Below the pieces are notes generated by a model, which was not told the origin of the DNA, searched no databases, and saw only the letters and a list, made by a program, of their open reading frames with translations. A stretch of 63,996 nucleotides of DNA, filler included, from Octopus bimaculoides (Eukaryota): assembly GCF_001194135.2 (NCBI RefSeq). It is 7 parts of 6 records of this genome, joined end to end, with 100 filler letters (N's around TTAATTAATTAA, not from the genome) between each part and the next. Parts side by side here need not be neighbours in the genome. Positions count along the whole stretch, not along the records: positions 47,127 to 52,460 come from NC_068993.1; positions 52,561 to 55,634 come from NC_068994.1; positions 55,735 to 61,456 come from NC_068983.1; 4 more parts are not named here. The stretch is one strand, 5' to 3'. Each line of letters opens with the position of its first letter. Within the stretch, counting starts at the first letter, position 1. The position numbers were made by a program, and so were the translations under genes. Below, one piece after another: positions 48,436-61,226 of the stretch.

Positions 48436-48585
48436 CGACGGGCTTCTATCAGTTTCCGTCTACTAAATCCAATTACAAGGCTTTGGTTGGCCCGAGGCTA
48501 TAGTAGAAGACACTTGACCAAGGTGTCACGCAGCGGGGCTGGACCCAGGCCATGTGGTTGGTAAGCAAGCTACTTACCACACTTC
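48195..48585 (-). mobile_element. Full-length family C SINE with (CA)/(TA) core
   Basis: Colinear with 31420-31850. Confidence 0.85.
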
Positions 48586-49346
48586 CACGACGAATTTAAA
48601 CTGAGGCAAACTTTCTCAAAATGTTCAAAAATTAGTTACCAATAATTTAGGATACCCTCACCAGCAACACTAGTGTCCACTCGCAAAAACACAAAGGTTG
48701 TATTTCTGCAAACCGGAATTAGATCGATTAAATGAATGAAAGAGAAGTAACTACACTAAATGACTTCGCAAGGATAGCGCGATTTTTGATTGGTCACCAT
48801 TTTAAATGAACCGAGTTACGAAACGGACGAAATGAACGGGAAAAAAAACACGTTGGATTTATGAATCAGTTTGCTAATATATCATTTAGCTCAAGAGACG
48901 TCATCTACGCGGTAAATTTTCTCATAGTGGAAATTTTAGTAGTGTTTTTAGACATAAATACTCGATCCATTTATACAGAAGTGAGATGAGGCATAACACC
49001 TTGAAGTTACCATTAAATAAGTTGGGACTGTATTGTACATGAAATTGCCACACATATATGTGCGTGTGTGTGTGTATGTATGTGTATGTGTGTGCTGATA
49101 TATGTGTTATACAAATGCATAGACATACATATACATAAATATGAACGGTGTTTTCGGACGATTGCAGTCCCTGTCAGTATATATGTATAGAATTATGTGC
49201 TTTGACTACAGTGTTAGAGCATTTTACCTCTTATTTCTAGCAATGTAGGCGTTTCTAACACCTTAGTCACATTTAGTGACAATTATAGTTTCCCTTCTTT
49301 ATGATACATTGCAAACCGCTGTCTATATTAATTTTCTGTGTTATAG

Positions 49347-49379
<33 letters not shown>

Positions 49380-50461
49380 NNNNNNNNNNNNNNNNNNNNN
49401 NNNNNNNNNNNNNNNNNNNNNNNNNNNNNNNNNNNNNNNNNNNNNNNNNNNNNNNNNNNNNNNNNNNNNNNNNNNNNNNNNNNNNNNNNNNNNNNNNNNN
49501 NNNNNNNNNNNNNNNNNNNNNNNNNNNNNNNNNNNNNNNNNNNNNNNNNNNNNNNNNNNNNNNNNNNNNNNNNNNNNNNNNNNNNNNNNNNNNNNNNNNN
49601 NNNNNNNNNNNNNNNNNNNNNNNNNNNNNNNNNNNNNNNNNNNNNNNNNNNNNNNNNNNNNNNNNNNNNNNNNNNNNNNNNNNNNNNNNNNNNNNNNNNN
49701 NNNNNNNNNNNNNNNNNNNNNNNNNNNNNNNNNNNNNNNNNNNNNNNNNNNNNNNNNNNNNNNNNNNNNNNNNNNNNNNNNNNNNNNNNNNNNNNNNNNN
49801 NNNNNNNNNNNNNNNNNNNNNNNNNNNNNNNNNNNNNNNNNNNNNNNNNNNNNNNNNNNNNNNNNNNNNNNNNNNTATTATTATTATTATTGTTATTATT
49901 ATAGCAATAACAACAATATTGTTAATAATAATGATAATAATAATAATGGTTTTAATAATACAGCAAAAGTAAAAACGTGTAATAAAATGTAAAAAAACAT
50001 TCACTTACCTTATATGTTTTTTTGTTGTTCTATTTATATTAACTGTTACAAGCCATATAAATTTTCATAGAGTTCATAATTGTAAATATTGTCACTGTTC
50101 ATATCCGCTTGTGCTCTATTGACAACACAACTCAGCTGTATTTATTTAACCTTTCACCTCGGCACACGATAGTTTCTTGTTCAACTTTGTAAACACCATT
50201 TCTACTTTGTTTTGTTCTGTTTTTACAGTCGTGTTAGATATTTTCTCTGCGCTCGATCAAACGTATTCTTTTATTTATTTTTTAAAGTATTTTATGTGTG
50301 TGTGTGTTATTTGTATTTCACAGAGTTACAAAGCCAAATAATATTTTAATGATAAATTATAATTCTTTTATCAAAGCAAAAAGTAATAGCAAAATATAGT
50401 GCATATATTCATCACAGCTATATATTTGCATGAGTGCTTATAAATATACAAATGCATGCAC

Positions 50462-50514
<53 letters not shown>

Positions 50515-50999
50515 CACACACGTAGTATGTATATATGTAATGAATGATTTTGTCTGTTGCAATAAGCATATATTTTTGTAGTAATCTTAAACGTAGTACA
50601 TTTATGTAGGTATGTGTGTGTGTTCAATCCTGTAACATTTTATGCGTCTATGTTAGAACACAGGCATATATTCACACATATATATTTACGTTGTGCGTGT
50701 GAATGTATGCAATATTATGTAGGTCTTTGTATATGTAGATATGCAGGTATATATGCTGTTAATGACTTCCGTGAAAGCATGAACTCCACAAAATATAATT
50801 TATTTTTCATCTGCATATACATGTGTGTGTTTTGCATCTAAAGAGATTGATTGTTGCTACTTCATTCAGGAGAAAAAAAAACAATTACCAATCGGTTATA
50901 GAGATCGAAAATATTACAAATCAGTCTCTTCTTTTAGATTATTTGTAGCAACCAATAGCAAGAATTACAACTCAAACTCACATCTAATATTACGTGTTG

Positions 51000-51052
<53 letters not shown>

Positions 51053-51408
51053 TGATAGACAGACGGACAGACAGTGAGTCAGGTAGATTGACAGAGAGAG
51101 AGAGAGAGTGAGGAGGAGACACGGTGAGAGAAAGACAGAGAGAGAGATAATACGTGTTGGTATGTAACGTCAAATCTGTTACGTGTTTCGTACTTTGTTT
51201 ATGAAAAGCATGGCAATATGGAAGAACAGATGAAATGAATAGGAGAAAGAAGAATCAAGAAGAAAGGAAACAACAAATACACACACACGCGCTTGTGTGG
51301 TTGTATGGTTTTATGATTGTGTGTGTGCGCGTGCGTGAAGGGAGAGAGACACAGAGAGAGATAGTACGTGTTACCAAGAAGAAATTTGCATTGTACGTAT
51401 GCTTGTGT

Positions 51409-51451
<43 letters not shown>

Positions 51452-51457
51452 TATATG

Positions 51458-51489
<32 letters not shown>

Positions 51490-52460
51490 AGGAGGGAGGG
51501 AGAAATATATCTGTCTGTCTTGTGTTAGTGGGTGTATATTATGGTTTTAGTATTAGTGAACTACGACAGTATTTTTCATTGGTAAACATTCACAAGAAGA
51601 GAAGGAGAGATAAAAGTAGAAATATAGGCTGGCACTCGGTTGATTAGTAGCTAAATAGTTTTAAACTCCGCATTATACCACACTAAACCACCGACACTGC
51701 ATCCATGCTATGCTATATAAAGTGCATATAATACTCTTCTTACTGGATTTTGGTTTGTTTGTTTTCTGTTTATTCCTTTTCTAGTAGTGTGGTCTGTTGG
51801 TTTGTCTGTCGATGTGTGTGTGCGTGGGATGTGTGTAGCAGTCTTTATATGTGGACGTGTTTTTCTGTCTGTATATATTGCTGTATGTATGCTTTACGAT
51901 AAGTGTGTATGCATACATATTTGTCAATCCCATGTTTTCTATCATTATTCTTTTTCACCGACTCTTTATTCTCATCTCCGCTCTCATATGTTATAACATT
52001 TATCTATCCATCTGTCTATCTATATATCTATCTATCATCCTCTCTGCCTCTCCTTCTCTCATACACACACACATGCATACACACATACACATACATGACA
52101 TGCAGAGTTATGAACAACAAAGAGACCTGCACAGCTGTAATCATGCAAGTGACATGCACTCACTGCCTGAACCGAACGTTGGAAATCCAGAGATAGATTG
52201 TAGATGGTCAATCAATATACAAGAATTAACAGTCAAAACTCCCTCAATATTACACCCGTTAGATAACGTAATTCCTTAATACACTCTGCCCAACTCAATG
52301 AAGGAGTAATCATGACCGGATTACTTTTGCTCATACACCTGGGGTTAAAAACGGAAACTGACTAAACACCTACAGATGTAGCAATAAATCAAGCATCAAG
52401 AAACGCGCACGCACGCACACACACACACACACCCCTACACACACACACACACACACACAC

Positions 52461-52560
52461 NNNNNNNNNNNNNNNNNNNNNNNNNNNNNNNNNNNNNNNN
52501 NNNNTTAATTAATTAANNNNNNNNNNNNNNNNNNNNNNNNNNNNNNNNNNNNNNNNNNNN
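52461..52560. other. Synthetic assembly spacer 44N-TTAATTAATTAA-44N
   Basis: Exactly 100 bp. Confidence 0.95.
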
Positions 52561-52599
<39 letters not shown>

Positions 52600-52680
52600 G
52601 TATATATTTGTGTGTGTGTCTGTGCGTGTGCACGCGCTCGTATTGTACCTCGCTGTTTGGTCCAATGTTCATTTACTTAC

Positions 52681-52794
52681 CTCCTCATCGGCAGTTTCGT
52701 TGACTATGTTAACCAGTTCGTTATAGACCAAGTGTTCCAATTGATACGTCAATATCATCACAAAGAGGGGAAGGTTGTCATTCTTACATTTAAT
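52681..52794 (-). CDS. Internal coding exon of an unidentified gene
   Basis: Poly-T-ATAG acceptor, GAG|GTAAGT donor, 114 nt, only frame 0 open: IKCKNDNLPLFVMILTYQLEHLVYNELVNIVNETADEE. Not in ORF track; product not recognised. Confidence 0.7.
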
Positions 52795-52911
52795 CTATAA
52801 AAAAAAAAAGACAGAAAAGATTAGAGGTAGTTAGTTCGATATTTTAACTATCGTAAATAAACATATCTTTATTTTCGGATGGTGTGAATCGCCAAAACAG
52901 ACTATACATAT

Positions 52912-52953
<42 letters not shown>

Positions 52954-53105
52954 GCGTATATTATAGGTGCGTTCTTAGTTCCGCTTGCTCAACTGGTCGA
53001 TCGAGAAAACGGTACTATGAACACACCTGCAATGAATATCAAAAACAGTTATAAGCCTATGATACACAAATAAAATATGTAAAGCCAATAATTTGTGCCT
53101 TTTCT

Positions 53106-53166
<61 letters not shown>

Positions 53167-53261
53167 CATCTATCTCTCATCAAATTAATATATTTCTCGT
53201 ACACGTCCTCACGTTTGATTTTTTTTCCTTTTTTTCTCTGTTCTCTAATTGTTTGTTTGAA

Positions 53262-53479
53262 TATATATATATAATTTATATAAGGGCATTACTATATAAT
53301 AATAATGCCTCACGCTTAGAGGGACTAAATAAGTCAAAACTACCAAAAAATAAGCACATATTTAAATAAATATGTGCTTATTTTTTTGCTTATTTTTTGG
53401 TAGTTTTGACTTATTTAGTCCCTCTAAGCGTGAAGCATTATTATTATATAGTAATGCCCTTATATAAATTATATATATT
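53262..53479. mobile_element. Near-perfect palindromic foldback element (about 90-bp arms)
   Basis: TATAAGGGCATTACTATA...GCCTCACGCTTAGAGGGACTAAATAAGTCAAAACTACCAAAAAATAAGC and its reverse complement ending GTAATGCCCTTATATAAATTATATAT. Confidence 0.8.
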
Positions 53480-54663
53480 TACGGAAAAAAACGATGTTTT
53501 TTTTCCTTATGGGTTTTTTCACGCTGACTACTTGATAAATTCTTATAAAGATTTTATCCTATATTATATATATATATATATATATNNNNNNNNNNNNNNN
53601 NNNNNNNNNNNNNNNNNNNNNNNNNNNNNNNNNNNNNNNNNNNNNNNNNNNNNNNNNNNNNNNNNNNNNNNNNNNNNNNNNNNNNNNNNNNNNNNNNNNN
53701 NNNNNNNNNNNNNNNNNNNNNNNNNNNNNNNNNNNNNNNNNNNNNNNNNNNNNNNNNNNNNNNNNNNNNNNNNNNNNNNNNNNNNNNNNNNNNNNNNNNN
53801 NNNNNNNNNNNNNNNNNNNNNNNNNNNNNNNNNNNNNNNNNNNNNNNNNNNNNNNNNNNNNNNNNNNNNNNNNNNNNNNNNNNNNNNNNNNNNNNNNNNN
53901 NNNNNNNNNNNNNNNNNNNNNNNNNNNNNNNNNNNNNNNNNNNNNNNNNNNNNNNNNNNNNNNNNNNNNNNNNNNNNNNNNNNNNNNNNNNNNNNNNNNN
54001 NNNNNNNNNNNNNNNNNNNNNNNNNNNNNNNNNNNNNNNNNNATATATATATATATATATATATATATATAGCCCCAAACCGCAGTGTGTACCACCTTAG
54101 TCTGGTATAGCTTTCTTTCCAGTAGTCAAATATACAGTAGTCAAATATACAGTAGTCAAATACTGGATTCCTGTTTGGTTACAGATAAAGAGGTCAAGAG
54201 GGGATCTATGTCTACTTGAAATTTCATAGAAACTTAAGACATTTAGCGAAACCACGATACTAGCTAACAGTTCACATTCGCTCGCGAGTGATGGCTGGCT
54301 ACGTTCTAATTACTGCCATACGTTGAAATTCAATTGCAGGATTAAAAGATTAAGAACTTTATGCAAGAGTCCCAATGAAATTTTTTTTTTAATATTTAGA
54401 AAGACGGCCAATCAAAACTCCTTGCAAATTATCAGTAAAGTACTATAGGGAAGATTGAGATACATACGAAAACTTCATTGCTCTATCAGTATGTATTCAT
54501 GTATATATATTCCCCGCCTCCCGCAAGACTTCATGATAAAGACATTGTATACAACACTGCACGTGGAGAATGGAAACTATTGCATGCAGTTCAAAATACA
54601 ATCGTAGACGATAATATACCTACAAAGAACACACAAAAAAAACAACACAATTTAAATACTTAC

Positions 54664-54699
54664 TGAGAATTCGTGTTTTCCTGTTAGCACATTGCAAAC
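54664..54699 (-). CDS. 36-nt symmetric small exon of the same unidentified gene
   Basis: TTTCTTTTTGTTTAG acceptor, GTAAGT donor; VCNVLTGKHEFS joins 52794 in frame (phase 0 to 0). Confidence 0.6.
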
Positions 54700-54865
54700 C
54701 TAAACAAAAAGAAATTAACAGCTTTCATGTTAATGCTGCCATGTAGATACATGCAATATTTCAAAGGTAATTCAACAACGCTTTTACGCAAACGTATATG
54801 TGCATGTACATATATACATACGTGCATACATGCATGCATGCATGCATATATATATATATATATAT

Positions 54866-55207
54866 ATATTTATTTATTTATATAAGGGCGTTACTATACA
54901 TGAATGCCTCGCGCTAAGAGGGACTCTAAGGCCAAACTACCGTAATAAACACATTTGAAATTACTGAACAGAGATTATGTGACCAAGTAAGAGCAATACA
55001 AAAGAATGGATAGCGAGAAGCTATTAAAAGAAGGATATAAAATTTTAGAACCAATTTTACGTTGAAATGTTCTCATAAATATTCAAAACATATAGATATT
55101 TCAATAGTAAATAACTTCATTATGATTGCTTACGGTAGTTTGACCTTAGAGTCTCTCTTAGCGTGAGGCATTCATGTATAGTAATGCCCTTATATAAATA
55201 AATATAT
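54866..55207. mobile_element. Second foldback element of the same family (about 80-bp arms, about 180-bp spacer)
   Basis: TATAAGGGCGTTACTATACATGAATGCCTCGCGCTAAGAGGGACTC...GAGTCTCTCTTAGCGTGAGGCATTCATGTATAGTAATGCCCTTATA; same downstream flank CACGCT..CTACTTGATAAATTCTTATAAA as the 53262 copy. Confidence 0.8.
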
Positions 55208-55371
55208 TTTAGGGAATAAATGATGGATTTTTCCCTTATGAATAAATGATGAATTTTTCCCTTATGAATAAATGATGAATTTTTCCCTTTTTCCCTTATG
55301 AGGTTTTTTTCACGCTAGCTACTTGATAAATTCTTATAAAAGACTTTATCCTATTATTGAATTATATATTG

Positions 55372-55626
55372 TTGTTGGCACTCCGCCGCTTACGACGTCG
55401 AGGGTTCCAGTTGGTCCGATCAACAGAACAGCCTGCTCGTGAAATTAACATGCAAGTGGCTGAGCACTCCACAGACACAACAGAAACAGGAAGTAAGAGT
55501 GAGAGAAAGTTGTGGTGAAAGAGTACAGCAAGGTTCGCCACCATCTCCTGCCGGTCTGGGAATCGAAACCGCGATCCTATGACCGTGAGTCCGCTGCCCT
55601 AACCACTGGGTCATTGCGCCTCCACT
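55372..55626 (-). mobile_element. Internally deleted family B SINE
   Basis: Matches 44531-44907 with two internal deletions. Confidence 0.75.
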
Positions 55627-55634
55627 ATATATAT

Positions 55635-55734
55635 NNNNNNNNNNNNNNNNNNNNNNNNNNNNNNNNNNNNNNNNNNNNTTAATTAATTAANNNNNNNNNN
55701 NNNNNNNNNNNNNNNNNNNNNNNNNNNNNNNNNN
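55635..55734. other. Synthetic assembly spacer 44N-TTAATTAATTAA-44N
   Basis: Exactly 100 bp. Confidence 0.95.
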
Positions 55735-55826
55735 ATGGAGCACACATGCACACACATACACATTACACATATCTATATTTATTTATAATATGTACATATA
55801 ATAATATATATAATATATACATACAT

Positions 55827-56505
55827 GATAGCTGTGTGAAAATGTGCCACACCCTAGTAGTTGAGAGAACCTGTGGAAAAGGTAGACCCAGGAAGACCTG
55901 GGATGAGGTGGTGAAGCATGACCTTCGAACTTTAGGCCTCACTGAGGCAATGAATAGTGACCAGGACCTTTGGAAATATGCAGTACGTGAGAAGACCCGG
56001 CAAGCCAAGTAAGAGCATAATCTATGACCTCTGCCAGAAGTGTAGCTAGCTCACTTATTCGTATCTTTACTTCATTGGATACTAAACTCTGCTTGTGAAG
56101 ATCTGTTGAGGCAAGTGAATTTGAAATCTGAAATCAAAATTGAATCAAATTCGATGACTGGCACCCATGCCAACCTCTCCTTCATTGGTCACTAAACTCT
56201 GCTTGCAAAGACCTATTGGGGCAAGTGAAATCGAAATCGTAATTGAACCATATTCGATGACTGGCACCTGTACCAGTGGAGCACTAACAGCACTGTCCGA
56301 GTGTGTTCATTGCCAGAGCAGCTGTCTGGCTTCCGTGCTAGTGGCCCGTAAATAGCACCATTTGAGCGTAATCATTACCAGCGTCGCCTTCTAGCACTTG
56401 TGCTGGTGGTACATTAGAAAATCATTCGAGTGAGGTTGTTGCCAGTGCTGCTGGACTGGTTCCCGTGCAGGTTGCACATAAAAGACACCATTTTGAGTGT
56501 GGCCA
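55827..56505 (+). mobile_element. RTE-clade LINE 3' end (ORF C-terminus plus probable 3' UTR with tandem duplication)
   Basis: DSCVKMCHTLVVERTCGKGRPRKTWDEVVKHDLRTLGLTEAM...LWKYAVREKTRQAK* (stop 56010-56012), homologous to 36950-37110. Direct repeat of about 100 bp at 56071-56170 and 56181-56275. Confidence 0.75.
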
Positions 56506-57327
56506 TATTTCTCCATTAGGCTACTTTTGTCAAATGTAGTGAAGTACTTTTGGAGTGTTTTAACTTTGAAGATTTGATAGGATGCTGGGTTTCATCAGCA
56601 TATCAACATTATCAAATATTTGTGAATGTATGTACATGTGTGTGCATGTATGTTTGTTAGTCATGTGTGTGAGAGGGAGAGAGACAAATAGAAAGAGACA
56701 GACAGCAAGAAAGAGAGAGAGCATAGATATATCCAGCAGGGTAGTTGTACAAGTAATTATTGGTGCTAAATATAGTGATTATAATCTCAATGTCATTCTT
56801 GACTATACTGACTATGCAGTCAACAAAAATAATTTAGTAATTAGATGGATATTAACTAAGAAACCTTAACTTTTGCTATCTGATTATTTAACATTCAGGA
56901 ACACATTATAATAATTTTAAAACTAGTTTTGATTTGACGTTATATAGTAGAGAAAAGCACAAGAAGGTACTAGAAGATGTGATGAAGCAAAGCTTTGGGA
57001 TAAAATGACTCAAGATTAAGAGAATCTGTGATGTCTCATTGCACAACTGTTTCAACGCATACAAACATGGAAAACAGATACTAAGAAGATAATTAGAATA
57101 ACAATAACAATGATGTTGAGAATGATAATGGTGATGAGGATGAGTTTCATGATGAGGACAATATAGGTGTATTTTAAAGAAGAGTTTTAAAGAGAGAATA
57201 CTGAAATAGATAAACTCATGAACCAGCTGACTCAAAATTTGGTGCTTAAGTCTTAATGTTGAAGCTGGGATATTTAGACTATACTTATTGAAGCAATTAG
57301 CTTCATAAATACATAACATATATGGGA

Positions 57328-57383
<56 letters not shown>

Positions 57384-57980
57384 ATAAGGTGGTGAGCTGG
57401 AAGAAACGTTAGCAAGCTGGGCAAAATGCTTAGCAACAATTCATCTGTCATTACATTTTCAGTTCAAATTCCACTGAGGTTGACTTTGTTTTCATCCTTC
57501 AGGGGTCAATGAAATAAGTACCAGTTGAGTACTGGGGTCGATTTAATTGACTAGCCCCCTCCTCCTAAATTTCAAACTTAGTGCCTATAGTAAAAAGTAT
57601 TATTATTATTATCATTATTATTAGGCTTTGAGCTGGCAGAATCATTAGCATGCTGGGTAAAATGCTTAGTGGCATTTTGACTATCTTTACATTCTGAGTT
57701 CAAATTCCACTAGAGTTGACTTTGCCTATCATCCTTCTGGAGTCGATAAATTAAGTACCAGTGAAACACTGGGGTTGATGTAATCGACCTATCCCCCCAA
57801 ATTGCTGCATTTGTGGCAAAATTTGAAACCATTATTATTATCAATAATAATAATAATAATAATGATTTCTTTTATTGGCCACAAGAGTCCAAGACATGGA
57901 GGACAATATCGAAAGACAAGTTACAGCACAAAAAGATTACAAAACAAAAACATGTGGGTTAGCATGAATCAAGGGGAGAT

Positions 57981-58363
57981 TTGTTGGCACTCCGTCGCTT
58001 ACGACATCAAGGGTTCCAGTTGATCTGATCAACGGAACAGCCAGCTTGTGAAATTAACGTGCAAGTAGCTGAGCACTCCACAGACACGTGTACCCTTAAC
58101 GTAGTTCTCAGGGATATTCAGCGTGACACAGTGTGACATGGCTAACCCTTTGAACTACAGGCACAACAGAAACAGGAAGTAAGAGTGCGAGAAAGTTGTG
58201 GTGAAAGAGTACAGCAGGGTTCACCACCATCCCCTGCCAGAGCCTCGTGGAGTTTTAGGTGTTTTCACTCAATAAACACTCACAACACCCATTCTGGGAA
58301 TCGAAACCATGATCCTATGACCGCGAGCCCGCTGCTCTAACCACTGGGCCATTGCGCCTCCAC
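57981..58363 (-). mobile_element. Full-length family B SINE with 11-bp TSD
   Basis: CAAGGGGAGAT at 57970-57980 and 58364-58374. Confidence 0.88.
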
Positions 58364-59365
58364 CAAGGGGAGATACTACCACATTAAAGGATATAACAGA
58401 GGATATATAATAGAAAGTAGAGAAATAAATAATAATAAATAAATAGATAGAATCCCCAAAAGTAGGATAGTCTACTTAGAGTAATATGGATAAACTCCAC
58501 ACAAAAATCCTGGATTACTCTGCCATCTCTAAGGCATGGGAAAGTGCCTTCTTCCAGTTTCTTTCCTCCTGCTTAGAAAAGCATATTCAGAGTAAATCCA
58601 TTCAGCTTCACCAGTCTTGCCACTGTCAACCACCCTTTGCAAAACATGCTAGAAGGCAAATAACAACAACAACAATAATAATAATAATAGGCTACAGCAA
58701 ATATTCTGCTCAATATCACAGATTTTCTTGTCAGTTGTTTGACCATAACCAGTTGAGCATGTCCCTTAGTGGCTGACGATATGTGCATCTCTGATCATGA
58801 GCAGAAGTAGTGGGGGAGCATCATAGCCATGTGTTGAGAGGAATCGTTGGAGTTTGGATTATTCTGGAAACATGGGTGTTTTGTTCAACATCCTTAAACA
58901 ACCCTTATTCAGGAACCTTTTAAGTGGGATGGGCTACTCGACCTGAAGAAAATCTAACTGCGCCCCACCTGTAAGGTCATGCACTGTTTATCTTGATATG
59001 AGATCACTATGTCATGCACATATGATTGTGATGAATCTGCCTGGTGTACCCTTATCAGACAGTCATGATGGGTATACTGGGCTTTGTATATTTTACTCCA
59101 CTGTCATTTTGATGGCATCCACTGCTCTCTCACTCAATAATAATAATAAAAATAATAATTGTTTCAAAATTTGCCACAAGGGCAGTCATTTTGGGGTAAG
59201 AGATGAGTCGAATACATCGACCCCAGTGTTTCACTGGTGCTTAATTTATTGACCCCCTGAAAGGATGAAAGGCAAAGTCAACCTTGGCGGAATTTGAACT
59301 CAAAATGTAGTGATGGGCACTAAGCGTTTTGTCCAGTGTGCGAACAATTTTGCCAGCTTGCTGCC

Positions 59366-59405
59366 TAATAATAATTATAATAGCAATAATAATAATAATG
59401 ATGAA

Positions 59406-59443
<38 letters not shown>

Positions 59444-59448
59444 TGGTG

Positions 59449-59500
<52 letters not shown>

Positions 59501-59546
59501 TAATAATAAAAATAAAAATAAAAACAATAACAACAACAACAACAAC

Positions 59547-59585
<39 letters not shown>

Positions 59586-59598
59586 AATGATAATGATG

Positions 59599-59629
<31 letters not shown>

Positions 59630-59645
59630 TAATAATAATAACAAA
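59366..59645. repeat. Long compound (AAT)n/(AAC)n/(GAT)n microsatellite inside a cluster of family A SINEs (59160-60325)
   Basis: Directly visible; explains poly-I, poly-N and poly-M ORFs. Confidence 0.95.
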
Positions 59646-60371
59646 ATAATCCTTTCTACTATAGGCACAAGGTTTGAAATTGTTTTTTTTACTCACCTGG
59701 TACCTATTTCATTGACCCCAGTATTTGATTGGCATTTATTTCATCAACTTCAAAAGGATGAAGGGTAAAATTGACTGTGGCAGAATTTGAAATCAGAACA
59801 TAAATATGGAAGAAATGCCATTAAGCATTTTGTCTGAAGTGCTAACAATTCTGCCAGCTTGCTACTACCTTAAATAATAATCCTTTCTACAATATGCACA
59901 CAGCCTGAAATATGGAGAGAGGGGCTTGTCGATTACATTGACTCCATGCTCAGCTACTACTTATTTCATCAACCCTAAAATGATGAAGGGCAAAGTCACC
60001 CTCAGCAGCATTTCAACTCAGAAGGTAAAGATAGATGAAATGCCACTAAGCATTTTGTCAAACAAGCTAATGGTTTTGCCAGCTTGCTGCCTTTAATAAC
60101 AGTAACAATGGTTTCAAATTTTTGCACAAGGCCAGAAATGTCTAGGGAGGGGGTTTAGTCAATTTTATTGATCTCGGTGCTCAACTAGTACTTATTTTAC
60201 TGACTCTGAAAGATTAAAGGCAAAAATCAACTTCAGCAGAATTTGAACACAGAACATAAAGATGGATGAAATGTTGCTAAGCACTTTCTCCAGCATGTCA
60301 ATGGTTCTGCCATCTTGCTACCTTTAATAATAATAATAATAATAATAATAATGATGATGATGATGATGATG

Positions 60372-61203
60372 ATAACATTGGGTTAAACTAAACAAAAAAG
60401 AAAGAGACAAAGCAAAATCCCAACGATGGTTGAGAAGCTCAGGATTCAAAGCAGAGACTGAAGGATTTTTAATTGCAGCACAAAGTCAAAGCCTTACCAC
60501 CAGAAGTCATCAAAAATGCATAATGAAAAGAAATACAAATAACTGCAGAATATGCGGTGATGGAGAAGAAGCAATAAATCATATTGTCTCTAGTTGCCCA
60601 TTCCTGGCTAAGAAAGAATATATTCACAGACATGACAGAGTTGGGACCTGTATACGCTGGAAGCTATGCCAACACTATGAAATGACAATAGAAATAAGAT
60701 GGTATAGACACACACCAGAAAAGGTCACAGAAGATGAGAAAGCAATCATACTCTAGGATATGCCAATACACACAGATAGAAAACTCAAGGCTAACAAACC
60801 ATATATAGTTGTCAGAGATCACCAAGAAAAAAGATGTCTTCTAATTGATGCATCAATACCAACAGATGACAAAATTTCTCTTAAAGAAACGGAGAAACTT
60901 TCAAAATACAAAGATCTGAAAATAGAGGTAACTCGAATGTGGAGCCTAAAAGCAGACACAATTCCTATTGTAGTAGGCACATTAGGTATTACAAAAAAAC
61001 ATTCAGACAAATACATAACCAAAACACTGGGACTTACAAGTGTATATAACATAGGAAGTACGACTACTAAGCACTGCACACATCCTTTGAAAAACACTTT
61101 CAATACAGTAAAAATAAGAGCATCACAACAAACCACAGCATATACCCAAGGCACACAGAGCTGCACTCGGTAGTGCAGTGAAAGTACATAATAAGATAAG
61201 TGA
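60372..61203 (+). mobile_element. 5'-truncated, mutated R4/Dong-type LINE (CCHC knuckle + restriction-like endonuclease + 3' UTR)
   Basis: WLRSSGFKAETEGFLIAAQ...CRICGDGEEAINHIVSSC...RHDRVG...IL*DMPIHTD...NKPYIVV...KYKDL; (AAT)n(GAT)n before and (AAT)n after. Confidence 0.85.
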
Positions 61204-61226
61204 ATAATAATAATAATAATAATAAT

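Noticed and set aside
49142-49177. Second hammerhead-like motif on minus strand (CTGACAG-GGAC-TGCAATC-GTCC-GAAA-AC-ACC-GTT-C)
   Set aside because: Stems II and III form, but the core reads CUGACAG instead of CUGANGA and stem I does not pair in register; at best a dead relic.
50009-50042. Strong minus-strand donor AAG|GTAAGT at 50009/50008
   Set aside because: Weak acceptor and an A-rich, uninformative peptide; cannot support an exon without RNA data.
55215-55300. Roughly three copies of a 26-bp unit (and a 15-bp triple repeat at 54121-54160) as a CRISPR-like array
   Set aside because: Plain tandem repeats with no spacers, in a eukaryotic context.
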